26,452 nucleotides of DNA from a virus (lineage: Duplodnaviria; Caudoviricetes), in the IMG/VR virus record IMGVR_UViG_3300042196_000135, positions 1-26,452 of that record; one strand, given 5' to 3'. Shown piece by piece: positions 15,092 to 25,240 of the stretch (positions are counted from its first letter, which is position 1; every line of letters starts with the position of its first letter). Both the position numbers and the translations under genes were made by a program. The notes under the pieces are model-generated. The model had not been told where the DNA came from. It saw only the letters and a program-made list of their open reading frames with translations, and did not search any database.

Positions 15092-15501
15092 CAGTGTTTC
15101 CTCAGTTCGCGCACATCGCGTTGGGTGCGGTCGGTCATTTTTATGATCAGGTCAAACCGCTGATCGATGGATTTTTCAAGTTGCGTGAAACGCTGCGCGT
15201 TTGCCGAGTTTTGTATGTCGGCCTGCGCATTGGTGTATCGGTCTTTCGCTGCTGATTTGTCGGCCTTAGTTTCAATGAGTGCACGGAGTAGTTCTGACTG
15301 CCTTGCCTGCTGCGCCCGGGTTTCTGCATTTGACTGGTCGATTTTGGTGTTGAGGATGACAAGCCCCCCGCCGAGCGATGCGGCCACCGCAATGATTCCC
15401 GCAAACACAGCAATGAGACTAACGCGGAGATGACTCCGACCCATAACAACAGGACTGAAATCATCAATGGCTTCCTCTAGTTCGTGATCGTGTTTGTTCA
15501 T
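15091..15501 (-). CDS. Single-pass membrane coiled-coil protein (holin/antiholin candidate)
   Basis: One transmembrane segment then a coiled coil; between the endolysin and the holin-like gene. Confidence 0.55.
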   Translation of the reverse strand: MNKHDHELEEAIDDFSPVVMGRSHLRVSLIAVFAGIIAVAASLGGGLVILNTKIDQSNAETRAQQARQSELLRALIETKADKSAAKDRYTNAQADIQNSANAQRFTQLEKSIDQRFDLIIKMTDRTQRDVRELRKH

Positions 15502-15519
15502 TCATCTTGCGGCCTCTGG

Positions 15520-15996
15520 TTAGTGCTTCAAAACAAAGCGATGATAGTTGCCCACAAACTCATCCACAGTGCCGGCGCCCAGCGGTGTGTTGTAATGTTT
15601 TTTCCAGTATTCACCCAGGCCACGAATATCATCAGCATCAGGTAATGCGCCAGGCTTGCGCAGATAATGCACGCGGCACATCAGCGCAGCATAGCGCAGA
15701 TTCCAGAATAGTATTTCTGCGCGGTGCGAGTACGGGCTGGCCAGATTGTTCAGCAGTTTGGTATAGGGTTTTGCATCTTTATATTTTAAAAAGTTGCCCC
15801 ATATATCATCGTGAGTTGCGGGCTCCATCTGGAATATACCAACTGCGGGCCCTCTAATCTGTGCAAAATATGTGCCCATGTGTGACTCTTGCGCGGCTGT
15901 GCCCAGCAGTAAATTGACAGCCGCTTCGGAATGCAACTGTGCATCACGCAGCACAGGCTCGATCACATAGGTGCGCAGGTGGGTGGATTCAATCAT
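15520..15996 (-). CDS. Endolysin, lysozyme/transglycosylase-like fold
   Basis: LLLGTAAQES (putative catalytic Glu), GIFQMEPAT (GxxQ) and YWKKHYNT; adjacent to holin and spanin genes. Confidence 0.8.
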   Translation of the reverse strand: MIESTHLRTYVIEPVLRDAQLHSEAAVNLLLGTAAQESHMGTYFAQIRGPAVGIFQMEPATHDDIWGNFLKYKDAKPYTKLLNNLASPYSHRAEILFWNLRYAALMCRVHYLRKPGALPDADDIRGLGEYWKKHYNTPLGAGTVDEFVGNYHRFVLKH

Positions 15997-16077
15997 GCTA
16001 TATCTGCACAGCCGTCTGAATATATATCAGACAGTTCAGATATTCGTAGACCGTGTATGAAGTTGATTATCATTGGA

Positions 16078-17472
16078 CTATTTGTACATGTGGTCGGATA
16101 TTGATCGAGCGCATGCACTGGCTAAATAAATCCACCCATCAACATTGGGATGAACGCCATCACTCACCAGCGTTGGAGACGACCCGCCGAACGCTGCATA
16201 TGCAGGGACAATAAACACATTTGAATTTTCAGCAGCTAACTCTGATTTATAAATATTCGTCTGTTGTATTCGGGCGTCATAATCTGCATCAGTACGCCCA
16301 GTTGTCTCTACTATGTGGATTCTGACGCCATCATACGCAGAAGTCAGTCTTGTTATTTCTGTTTGCAGGTCTGTTTTAAAGCCTGCGGTTATATCATCAG
16401 TAGCACAGTCATTAGTGCCGATGTTAATTATAACGTCTGAAACATAGTTTTGATGTTTCGGTGGATTTTCTCCAAGCGATTTATCGAGCAATGAATCGAC
16501 TCTATGCGATAACAATTCAGACCCGCCGTTTCCGACTTGCGCCCCACCTCTGCCGTACATCAAAAAACGATGCTGTACACCGGAAGCCGCTGTTTCGCCT
16601 TCGTTTGATGTTGGCATTCCACCGACAAAAATATTTTTATCAGCTAGCTCTTTTTCTAGCATAGGAAACCATGCTGCATCTTTATAAGTAGATACTGCAA
16701 CCATGTCTGTGGAGCCAGTGTCGTACCAGTCTGTTGCAGACTGTATGCCGACGTTCGCATATCTCGAAACCGGGTATTGCCCTAGTCGTATAAATGAATC
16801 TCCGATAAACGCAACGCAGGTAACACTGGCATGCGCAGGAAGCATAAGAGGGCGCTTAGATACAATTAAATTTCTTATGTAGTATTCATCAGCTATACTC
16901 GCAACGCCAAAACCCGCATAACCTAGATATAAGTTTTGAAATAGCTGTGAGCCAAGAGCATTTGCATCAACATTTACAGTATCAGCCAAACCCTTATTAA
17001 TAAACACAATCGCTTTACCCCTGTTATATGTAATTGTTACGCGCGAAAACTCATCTTTACCTTCTGCCGAATATTCTTTTCCTATAGATGCGTTTGATTC
17101 AGAAACTATCAGCACCCAACCAAAAAGGGAAGTTTTTATTAGTGAAAAGTCATCGCCACCACGAGTACATTGAAAAATCTTTGCTGTCGACGCAGGAACA
17201 TAATCAACAGATAATAACTCCGACTGGATTTCAAACTGGATTAAACCAGAATTTAGAAGACTTGCGTAATTAGCAGCAGACATGACCCACTTCAAACCGC
17301 ACAATCCATCACCGCCATTATGCAGCGAAACACCTTTAACAGAATCATAGACCGGCGTTCCAGCCGTTACCACGGCTCCATTTAAATCATCAGCAGATGT
17401 AAGAGACGCCTGTACGACAAAAGCATCATCTACGTCCGTAAATTCCGGGAAACCTTCGTATTGAATAGTCAC
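16078..17472 (-). CDS. SGNH/GDSL hydrolase with a beta-rich N-terminal domain
   Basis: Blocks FIGDS, GRGG, NIGTND and DGVHPN. Confidence 0.85.
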   Translation of the reverse strand: MTIQYEGFPEFTDVDDAFVVQASLTSADDLNGAVVTAGTPVYDSVKGVSLHNGGDGLCGLKWVMSAANYASLLNSGLIQFEIQSELLSVDYVPASTAKIFQCTRGGDDFSLIKTSLFGWVLIVSESNASIGKEYSAEGKDEFSRVTITYNRGKAIVFINKGLADTVNVDANALGSQLFQNLYLGYAGFGVASIADEYYIRNLIVSKRPLMLPAHASVTCVAFIGDSFIRLGQYPVSRYANVGIQSATDWYDTGSTDMVAVSTYKDAAWFPMLEKELADKNIFVGGMPTSNEGETAASGVQHRFLMYGRGGAQVGNGGSELLSHRVDSLLDKSLGENPPKHQNYVSDVIINIGTNDCATDDITAGFKTDLQTEITRLTSAYDGVRIHIVETTGRTDADYDARIQQTNIYKSELAAENSNVFIVPAYAAFGGSSPTLVSDGVHPNVDGWIYLASACARSISDHMYK

Positions 17473-17484
17473 TATAAAATCCCC

Positions 17485-18066
17485 CTAGTTGTGATGTGAT
17501 CCGCGTACCTGATAAGCCGCTGAAATAGTCGCACCGAGCTGCACAACTTTTATAGCGCCGAAACGCCCATTCAAAATATAATTCCCAGCCACTTTAATAT
17601 CATCAGTTGATTGTATTACAGCGCCGACGACAAGAGACCTATCTACTAGCTGCACAGCGATAGCTTCATAAGTTGATGAGCCGATGTGTTTTACAAAAAC
17701 GTTAAGGCTATCCGCGCCAGCACCTGCGACCGCTGATATTTCATGCACATTATAAATTGCTAGTCCTTCGTCCTCTTCATAGACGATACTACCATCTGCT
17801 GTATCAGAAGCTGTCCCAGCAGATGCAATAGCCCATTGTTCTGGTTTTGTTCCGTCATCAACTACTGGCAGCGCCCCGCCAGCGGTTGGGGTTACATCAA
17901 GCAGCCAGCTTGCTCCGCTAAAATAATAAATATCGCCCGTGTCTGTTTCGATTGCAGTATCGCGCGCTTTGCATCCATTTTCACCGGCTACTGGTTTTGT
18001 GCCTGTGCTAAGCCCGATGTATGTATTGCCAGCCGCGCTGGCTACGGCCAAACTGTAATCTGTCAT
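17485..18066 (-). CDS. Hypothetical, probably virion-associated protein
   Basis: GAGG RBS; YIGLSTGTKP..ETDTGDIYYF..W N-terminus; beta-rich composition. Confidence 0.7.
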   Translation of the reverse strand: MTDYSLAVASAAGNTYIGLSTGTKPVAGENGCKARDTAIETDTGDIYYFSGASWLLDVTPTAGGALPVVDDGTKPEQWAIASAGTASDTADGSIVYEEDEGLAIYNVHEISAVAGAGADSLNVFVKHIGSSTYEAIAVQLVDRSLVVGAVIQSTDDIKVAGNYILNGRFGAIKVVQLGATISAAYQVRGSHHN

Positions 18067-18113
18067 TGTGGCTTCCTCTGTACGCTGTTGTTATTTAAAT
18101 TATTTTTTTTGCG

Positions 18114-18145
18114 AAAAAAAACCGCGCCTGTTGCCGGGCGCGGCT
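18114..18145 (-). terminator. Intrinsic terminator
   Basis: Minus strand AGCCGCGCCCGGCAACAGGCGCGGTTTTTTTT. Confidence 0.8.
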
Positions 18146-18164
18146 GATATGCTTGTTGTCTGCG

Positions 18165-18324
18165 CTATCGATATATTGGCATTATTGTCCCAACTGGGTC
18201 ATGTATTGGCACATTGTCAATACGGACAGTGCCCAGGGCATCCATATAAACCTCTCCGCTCCCCATGTAGATATTGCCGTTTATTATGTACCCCTTTTTC
18301 TTTTCCAGTTCATTGTAATGTCAT
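18165..18324 (-). pseudogene. Small ORF with one apparent extra base
   Basis: GAGG RBS, then ATG ACA TTA CAA (T) GAA CTG..., giving MTLQELEKKKGYIINGNIYMGSGEVYMDALG...IYR*. The span is 160 nt. Confidence 0.45.
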
Positions 18325-18350
18325 TTCTTTTTCCTCAAAATTATTCTATT

Positions 18351-18608
18351 TCACAGCCTCACCAAAAATCCGCAATGGTTAAGCCCTGATCCTGATTCTG
18401 CCTTTGGTATAGAGGATATGTGCTCACAGAAAACGATATTCTCTCGGTCTGTTTTGTACTCCATCCTCAGTATTCCTAGCGGATCAGGAAGGTCTACTTC
18501 TGGTCTGGTGCTACTTTCATCGGATAGTGACATGCCGAAGTACAGGTTAAAATCGCCAGCGTAAGCAGGTGCGCATAATGTCAGCAGGAAAAGGGTTCTA
18601 GTCAACAT
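18351..18608 (-). CDS. Small exported beta-strand protein
   Basis: Signal peptide ending AYA; amphipathic strands. Confidence 0.65.
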   Translation of the reverse strand: MLTRTLFLLTLCAPAYAGDFNLYFGMSLSDESSTRPEVDLPDPLGILRMEYKTDRENIVFCEHISSIPKAESGSGLNHCGFLVRL

Positions 18609-18686
18609 ACTCTATTATTACCCAGCCTCGGTTAAAGCAGCCTGATAGAATATAAACAATCACTAATATTAGCTTTTTCATGTTGA

Positions 18687-19511
18687 CTACTTCTCCAGAA
18701 ACAGCACCGCCATGACTGCGGCATCGACTCTTGTTGCTGTAGCCGTCGCATCAAAACAATATATATCACAGTAATTTGCTGTTATTGCCGCAGGTTGGGC
18801 AACCAAAAGCTGTGTGTTTATTGCATTACTTAACACAATATAATTTGTTGTCCCAAAATTATGAGTGATGCGATACCAACCAATGTTAATTTTCGAAGGG
18901 GTGAGACTTGTCGTTACATTTGCGTTAGCAGTCCCGTCTGTGTTTATTCGTATTTTATATATACCGGCAAGGTCTTGATCGTAACCATTCCAGTTTGTAG
19001 CTGTTGTAGCTGTTGTAGCTGTTGTAGCTGTTGTAGCTGTTGTAGCTGTCGCCGCATTGCCTGATATATTAGTAGGAATATAGTTTAGCGCACGCTCATC
19101 AGTAATCATGCTATTAGTAATTGCAGTCGTTGAGGTTGCAAGCGCGATCTGCGCAATAGCAATCTTGCCTGCTGGGATGGCCGGGGCGGATGGAATCGAC
19201 GCCTCAGTGCCAGTAACAATACTATAAACGCCAGTCGCCTCGTCAATCACAATCCGGTCAATGCGCGGGTTGGTAACGGGGGCCGTGATCGTTGTGGTCG
19301 TTTGCTGCGCTACGGTGGTGAGCGTGGTGCCGTACTGCGATGTGCCAGCATCAATAACAACCTTCATATCTGGTGGGTTGGCTTCGTGCGGCGCGAAAGC
19401 GGCGGCTACGTTGGCCGTCACTGAAATGGCTGCATCTATATTACCAGCATATTCCGACGGCACGCTGTCCTGGCTAACTCGATCTGGCTGTACAAATGTT
19501 GCGACTGTCAT
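18687..19511 (-). CDS. Tail fibre / receptor-binding protein
   Basis: NPRIDRIVID, APAIPAGKIAIAQI and ITNSMITDER anchor motifs; Thr/Ala shaft; follows the tail tip gene. Confidence 0.8.
   Translation of the reverse strand: MTVATFVQPDRVSQDSVPSEYAGNIDAAISVTANVAAAFAPHEANPPDMKVVIDAGTSQYGTTLTTVAQQTTTTITAPVTNPRIDRIVIDEATGVYSIVTGTEASIPSAPAIPAGKIAIAQIALATSTTAITNSMITDERALNYIPTNISGNAATATTATTATTATTATTATNWNGYDQDLAGIYKIRINTDGTANANVTTSLTPSKINIGWYRITHNFGTTNYIVLSNAINTQLLVAQPAAITANYCDIYCFDATATATRVDAAVMAVLFLEK
18996..19049. repeat. Perfect 9-bp tandem repeat, six copies
   Basis: (TGTAGCTGT)6, encoding (Thr-Ala-Thr)6. Confidence 0.95.
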
Positions 19512-22500
19512 TTAAACGCCCTCTGCTTCCCAGTCTATGGTACCAGCAACCGCGCCGGCATTGTTGAATAAATATACATCAAATGATGTGCTTGTGACGT
19601 TATTGATAACCGCATAAACGCCAGATGTGCCCTTAACAAATACACGCACAAAAGGCGCAACATGAAATTGCTCGGCGTAGACAATCGTTTCACCAGAAAT
19701 ACTAATAGCAACATCTTTTGCATTGATCGTGTATTCTAACAGGTCAACCGTAGGTTTGAAGCCACGAATAGCAGCGTTGCCTTTTGTAGTATCTAGCACC
19801 AGTTTTTGTTTAATGTAGCGCATATCAATATTCCCGATACTCCACGGTTCAAAGCCATCATATGAATCTGCTACTAATCTGTAATCAATCTGTAAGCCAG
19901 GATCAGCCACACCAGCGGTTTCACCAGGGCAGAGATAACTATCTATCTCCGCCCAAACACGCACGCCATCGTCAAAATCAATATCAATTTCTGGCGCTTC
20001 ATAGCTGCACGAAGGCTCTGGGTCTGGCGAGCATTCATCGAATACGCGCATGCCCAGCGCTGATATTGTGCTGGTGGACTCTGGATATAAAACCCCCGTC
20101 CAGTGTTTAACAAAATTTACCCGCGATCCTAACCAGTCGGGTGATTGCTCTAATTGATATATTACATCAAGCGCGGTGGTTACGACAAGGCTGGCCTGCG
20201 CTGCGGTGGTGGAGTAGTTGCCGCTGGTGTCCACCGCTTTTATATAAATGGTCCAGTTGCCAGGCGGGATGTCTGCGCTGGTGACATTGGTGCCGCGGGT
20301 GACACTGGTTAGCGGTGTTGCATCTGCATAGCTGCTGGCGCCGCGTTTGCCGTAACGGATGTCGTAGCCTGCCAGGTCTGCATCTGTAACCTGTGTCCAT
20401 TTTAGCACGACCACTTCGCCGTTTTGCGCGGCGATAAAGCCGGTGACATTGGCCGGCACGGCGGTTTTGCCGATGACGGTGGCGCTGTCTGACAGCGCCG
20501 CTGATTCTACGCCCAGGCTGTTGAATGCTTTTATATACACCGTGTAGCTGATGCCATCTTCTACCGGGCTGATGTATATCTCTGTGGTGGCCGGATCCTG
20601 TATGCGCGCATAGAACAGTTTTGTGGCATCTGTGGGTTTTTTGATATACACATTGTAGCCCAGCACAAAGGCATCTGCCGAGGCGGTGAATGTGGCTTTG
20701 ATGCGGCTGACTATGGTGCCATCACCATTTAATATTAATGCGTTGGTGCCGCTTTCTAGCACCAGGCTGGTGGGTGCGGTGACATCCAGCGGATCTAGCA
20801 GTTTGGTGTTGGCTGGTGGATCGGTTTCTGCCGATACGGCCCAGTCATAAACCGATGCTTCATACTCATCCAGCTCGAAATTTATGCCGCCTTCCAACAA
20901 TAGCGTGGTGTTGACCACGCGAAACAGTTTGCCAGACCAGCCCGTGGTGGTGCGGGTGATGTCCACCACTTCACCGGTTTGCACTTGCAGGGCATCTGCA
21001 TTGGCGGCCTGCAGTTTTACGCTGATTTGTTGGCGCGATTTTTTTAGTATGGTGGCTGCGCGGTTTTGTGCGCGGTAGCGGTTGCTCTCATAGTTGTTGC
21101 TTTCATCTGCGCGCAGTTCGCGGTTGCCGTCTGCTGACAGGTAGCTGGCAGAATCGGCAATCACTTCTGCATCGATATAGCCAATGGCGGCATCCACAAA
21201 GCTGTAGTGCACTACGTTAGCCAGGTCTTTTATACCGGCTTCGCCATATTCGAATGCACCGGTTATGTTCGTGTCATCAAATGAATAGTTACTGGTATCA
21301 TCATCGCGTTCGATCACCAGGGTGTATTTGCCGCTTACCCATGGCAGGTGCGCGCGCATGGTGAACAGTATTTTTTCTGCATTGCTTTTTACGCTGCCAG
21401 CTGTTTCAATGATGCCGTTAAAATCAAACAGGTTGATATTGACCGGGGTGCCACCCAGTCCGCCATCATGATCTACCTTTATGGTTTCTGCATAATCTGC
21501 GCCGGCATTGAAAGCATCCAGTTCTGCTGATGACAGCCCTTTACCATAAACGGTGCTGGTTAAATAATCATACAACACCAGCGCCGGGTTGGTGCCCCAC
21601 GCGGTGCCTGCGGTGCGCGGGTCGTGTAGCTTTTTGCCCTTTAGAATAAATAATGGCGCGGGCTCACCCGACCAAACTGCGGTGTTATATACATATTTAA
21701 TAACCACATAACAAATGCCGCGCAGTCGGTGCGCGGATGTCCACAAGAGCGATGCGGCATCCAGCGCGGTGTCTACTGTTTGTGTGGTGGTGCCGCCGTG
21801 AAAAGTAACGCTGATATAACCCACATATTTTGCATTGGTGTAGCTGACACTATCGAACAATATATCCACCAGCGAATCACACTCGCCCTCTGCCAGTGCA
21901 TATACCACCCACATATCACGGGTGCCATTTGTAACCGTGCGAAAAACCGGCTTTCCACTAATTGCAGACTGCCCATAGACTACTGGTAGCTGAATTGTGT
22001 TTGGTGTTTTTTTTCTTAACTGATCAACATACGCAGCCCACGCACCTGCCCCTATAATAAATGTACCCGTGCCATAATACGCGCCTGGCGCAACTATGCG
22101 CTCTGGGTCCAGGTATTCACCACCCCAATATGGCGCAAAGAAATCGGTGATGGTTAGATATTCCATACCCAAATCGCCAGAGTAGCGATTTTGCTGGCTT
22201 GCATCCGATAGAGTTCTGCCAGAGCTAGCTTCCCAGTTTGACCAGTGGTTCGAAATGGTCAGATTAACGGTGCTATTGCGCCCGCGCGTATCCTCTTTGC
22301 AGTTGTATTTGTCAGTAAAGCCATAGAACAGCACCACGGCTTCTGCCACGCCAATCAGGTAGCGATAGATATAGACATCGACATTTTTGGATTCAGACAG
22401 CAGCAGCGCGTGCACAGCGGCAGTGGCGCCTGATAAACCAATGCTGATGGTGCCGGGTTTGATGTCCAGCGATTCCACCACATCGGGCACATCCATCAGC

Positions 22501-22661
22501 ACCACGGATGACAGATATATATTGCCGCCATAGGTGATATTGTAAGGCGCTGTGGTGTAATACAGCGGCGTGCTGAAATCCATGCGCACCAGGTGGTAAA
22601 ACTCTACATTATCTGCGCCCAGTTCTGTAATGGCACCGGCTGATAGTCCTCGGTTGGCCAT
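19512..22661 (-). CDS. Tail tip / host-specificity protein (gpJ-like) with FNIII-like domains
   Basis: LPVVYG, LRGICY and NPALVLYDYLT motifs; FNIII-like repeats (LKWTQV..DLAGYDIRY, IKAVDTSGNYS). Confidence 0.88.
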   Translation of the reverse strand: MANRGLSAGAITELGADNVEFYHLVRMDFSTPLYYTTAPYNITYGGNIYLSSVVLMDVPDVVESLDIKPGTISIGLSGATAAVHALLLSESKNVDVYIYRYLIGVAEAVVLFYGFTDKYNCKEDTRGRNSTVNLTISNHWSNWEASSGRTLSDASQQNRYSGDLGMEYLTITDFFAPYWGGEYLDPERIVAPGAYYGTGTFIIGAGAWAAYVDQLRKKTPNTIQLPVVYGQSAISGKPVFRTVTNGTRDMWVVYALAEGECDSLVDILFDSVSYTNAKYVGYISVTFHGGTTTQTVDTALDAASLLWTSAHRLRGICYVVIKYVYNTAVWSGEPAPLFILKGKKLHDPRTAGTAWGTNPALVLYDYLTSTVYGKGLSSAELDAFNAGADYAETIKVDHDGGLGGTPVNINLFDFNGIIETAGSVKSNAEKILFTMRAHLPWVSGKYTLVIERDDDTSNYSFDDTNITGAFEYGEAGIKDLANVVHYSFVDAAIGYIDAEVIADSASYLSADGNRELRADESNNYESNRYRAQNRAATILKKSRQQISVKLQAANADALQVQTGEVVDITRTTTGWSGKLFRVVNTTLLLEGGINFELDEYEASVYDWAVSAETDPPANTKLLDPLDVTAPTSLVLESGTNALILNGDGTIVSRIKATFTASADAFVLGYNVYIKKPTDATKLFYARIQDPATTEIYISPVEDGISYTVYIKAFNSLGVESAALSDSATVIGKTAVPANVTGFIAAQNGEVVVLKWTQVTDADLAGYDIRYGKRGASSYADATPLTSVTRGTNVTSADIPPGNWTIYIKAVDTSGNYSTTAAQASLVVTTALDVIYQLEQSPDWLGSRVNFVKHWTGVLYPESTSTISALGMRVFDECSPDPEPSCSYEAPEIDIDFDDGVRVWAEIDSYLCPGETAGVADPGLQIDYRLVADSYDGFEPWSIGNIDMRYIKQKLVLDTTKGNAAIRGFKPTVDLLEYTINAKDVAISISGETIVYAEQFHVAPFVRVFVKGTSGVYAVINNVTSTSFDVYLFNNAGAVAGTIDWEAEGV

Positions 22662-23260
22662 TAAATTGCCTCAGTCAAATCTATTGCGTAGCTGTATATG
22701 CTGGGGTTTTTGGTTTTGAATTCCTGCATGCCATCTTTATATGCGACGGTAAAAGGCACATTGTTTATGATGACGGCCTCATTGTCTGCCAGCGGATAGA
22801 TTAGCGGTGGCTCTATTGGTATTAATGCCAGCCCCGCACCAGCGGCGCTGTCGGCATCTGCTGTCGCCATATACACTTTCGTATGGCTGCTGAATTTTAT
22901 TATGTCACCCGCTTTATATATGCCAGTGGTGGATGGTGTAAAACCATCAATCGCAATGGTTGTATCACCAACCGCGTGCACACCATCCACCAGAGGTGTG
23001 CCCGTAGCCACTCCTTGCGGTGTGGCCAGGTGCGGCAGCACTATCTGAAACGCACTGCCGCGCTGCGATATGGCAAAGGCGAACAGCGGCGCAAACTCGG
23101 CGCGCGTCATGGGTGGAAACTCGCAAGTCATTTCCCAAAGATGGCCGGCAATAATGCGCGCCTGGCGCTTGCCTGATTGCGCGATGTCTTCGAGCACCGG
23201 CTGCGTGGAACTAAGCTGCGCGGTTTTTATCTCGGGTGACGCGGGAAACGTTCCACTCAT
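22661..23260 (-). CDS. Distal tail protein-like
   Basis: Directly after the tape measure gene; SGKRQAR..GHLWEMTCEFPPMTR. Confidence 0.7.
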   Translation of the reverse strand: MSGTFPASPEIKTAQLSSTQPVLEDIAQSGKRQARIIAGHLWEMTCEFPPMTRAEFAPLFAFAISQRGSAFQIVLPHLATPQGVATGTPLVDGVHAVGDTTIAIDGFTPSTTGIYKAGDIIKFSSHTKVYMATADADSAAGAGLALIPIEPPLIYPLADNEAVIINNVPFTVAYKDGMQEFKTKNPSIYSYAIDLTEAI

Positions 23261-25227
23261 GCGAAGCTGTGCCCTTCTTCATTCATCCAGTCTTTTATAA
23301 TATTGCCCAGCTGTGCACGGTTGCGCTTTAGGTGCTCAATGGTATCTTTTGGGTTTGGCGAACTGATTTGCAGGGTGACTGATTTGGCACCACCGCCGAC
23401 TGCATTGTTACGCACGGCGGCAGATGTGCCGGGATCTAGCACCATTTCACCGCGCTGCAGGTTGTAGCTGCCTTCGCGTGGCACATAATCCATGCCGTCA
23501 TGCGCTTGCCCGGCCAGTGCCAGGGATTGCGACAGCGCATGGGTGGCACTGATGCCTTCCATGGCAGGCGCGGCATTGGCGCCAAAGCTGGCCAACGATG
23601 CTGCAGCTGCTGCCGGGGCATACGCTGTGGCCAATATGCCTGCGCTTACTATGCCTCTGACCACAATGGCCTTTTCTTCTGCCTGTGACATTGCGTTCAG
23701 CAGGGTGCGTTTAATCGCGATCTGGACTAATCCACTGATCACGCTCTTGATCACTGATGTCATTAATGATTTTAGTGCCTCTGCCATGCTTTTCTGTTCG
23801 ATGATAGCGTCTGCAAACGCATCACCAATGCCCTGCGCTACGTTGTTGGCGGTGCTTACCCATAGATCGTTCCACAGTTTTGCGCGCTCTTTTTCTGCTT
23901 CTGTGCGCGCGGCATCACGTTCTGCATAGAGTTCATCAAGCCTGTCTTGCAGCAGTATGGCATCGCGGAATTCCTGTTCCATTACATCAGCGCCGCCGGT
24001 AGTGCTGGTGCCACCACCCGATGATGCCAGCGGCTGGCCGGCAGCGCTGGCAATGCCTTCTGCTTCGGCGCGCAAATTGGCCAGGAACTTTTCGGCATTG
24101 GTTTGCGCGGTCATGGAATCGACCAGGTTGCTCAGCTCTGTCGTGGCCTGTTTCAACCCAGCAGCGGCACCTTCGGACATGGTGGTCAGTGCAGTAAAAT
24201 TACCCACCTGCAAGCCAAGCAAGCGACCTATTTTAATCCAGCCCTGTATGATCGGGGTGAGCACGGTGTCTGCAATGGTATTGACCACGGTGGCAAAACC
24301 CCATGCAGCCACTTCCAATGTTTTGAACAATAGGCGTATGCCCGTGATTGTGTCTGAGAAAAATGCAAAACCACGGATCGCGCCTTCGAGCGCATTGATT
24401 ATAGTCTGGCTCCAACCTTTGGCTATCTTGCCGTTATTCGCCATAGCAGCACCCAACTCACCGTTGATCACTGCCACCAAACCTTTGAGCCAATCAAACA
24501 GGCCGCCTTCCATCACGGTGTTTCTGAATGCAAACCATTTGTCAGACAGCATGGACATGCCACCATCCCAGGTGCGCGCCAGTTCTTCGGTGGCACCACG
24601 AAACTGGCTGCCCTGTTTGGTCCATGAATCCATGAGCTGCTGGCGGGTTTCTTCTGCAGTGTATGACACACCCGCCTTGAAACCTAGCATGGACAGAATG
24701 CCTTTCTCACGAAACATGTCTGCTGATGCTGCGCCGGCACTGTACATGCGCACCACCTGCCCGGTGGTTTCTTCAATGGACATGCCGCTGGTGGCGGCCA
24801 GGTCACCAATCAATGGCATCCACTGGTTGATTTCCTTTACGCCGCCTTTCATCACACCGGCTAGCTGGGTGGCGCTGTTCATTATGTTTTCGTATTCAAA
24901 CGGTACTTTGCTGGCAAACACGGCCATATCTTTAAACAACGCATTGCCTTCCGACACACTGCCCAGCAACACCTTAAGACGCACGGCATATTGCTCAGAT
25001 GTAGATGCTGCATTGACAAAAGAATGCGCCAGCGCACCAATACCGCCAACACCCGCCAGGGCAAACATGGCACCCTTGAGTGATGTGACTGCGCCGCTAA
25101 CCTTTTTAAACACACTGATCGACTGGCGCTGATATTGTTTTGTAATGGCCGCCGCTTTGGTAAAATCACTGCGCAGGCGTGCAGTGTTGGCATTGAGATC
25201 AATCGTTAATGCGCCTGCACTTGCCAT
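23257..25227 (-). CDS. Tail tape measure protein
   Basis: LTIDLNANTA start, FASKVPF tape-measure domain, Ala-rich helical body, AHDG..YVP..LQRGEMVL C-terminus. Confidence 0.92.
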   Translation of the reverse strand: MASAGALTIDLNANTARLRSDFTKAAAITKQYQRQSISVFKKVSGAVTSLKGAMFALAGVGGIGALAHSFVNAASTSEQYAVRLKVLLGSVSEGNALFKDMAVFASKVPFEYENIMNSATQLAGVMKGGVKEINQWMPLIGDLAATSGMSIEETTGQVVRMYSAGAASADMFREKGILSMLGFKAGVSYTAEETRQQLMDSWTKQGSQFRGATEELARTWDGGMSMLSDKWFAFRNTVMEGGLFDWLKGLVAVINGELGAAMANNGKIAKGWSQTIINALEGAIRGFAFFSDTITGIRLLFKTLEVAAWGFATVVNTIADTVLTPIIQGWIKIGRLLGLQVGNFTALTTMSEGAAAGLKQATTELSNLVDSMTAQTNAEKFLANLRAEAEGIASAAGQPLASSGGGTSTTGGADVMEQEFRDAILLQDRLDELYAERDAARTEAEKERAKLWNDLWVSTANNVAQGIGDAFADAIIEQKSMAEALKSLMTSVIKSVISGLVQIAIKRTLLNAMSQAEEKAIVVRGIVSAGILATAYAPAAAAASLASFGANAAPAMEGISATHALSQSLALAGQAHDGMDYVPREGSYNLQRGEMVLDPGTSAAVRNNAVGGGAKSVTLQISSPNPKDTIEHLKRNRAQLGNIIKDWMNEEGHSFA

Positions 25228-25240
25228 GGGTGTTTACCGT

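Noticed and set aside
16014-16032. LexA-like palindrome GTCTGAATATATATCAGAC before the endolysin
   Set aside because: Spacing is CTG-N9-CAG, so it is only a short inverted repeat of unknown role.
18662-18672. ACTAATATTAG identical to 10572-10582 at the attI-like site
   Set aside because: Short AT-rich palindrome with no attC or cassette context; likely chance.
18687-22661. Diversity-generating retroelement or invertase-based tail fibre switching
   Set aside because: No reverse transcriptase, template/variable repeat pair or invertase is visible in the window.
23957-25132. 391-aa plus-strand ORF, and similar long antisense ORFs such as 2299-3063
   Set aside because: These are shadow frames opposite well-supported genes, with no motifs or RBS.
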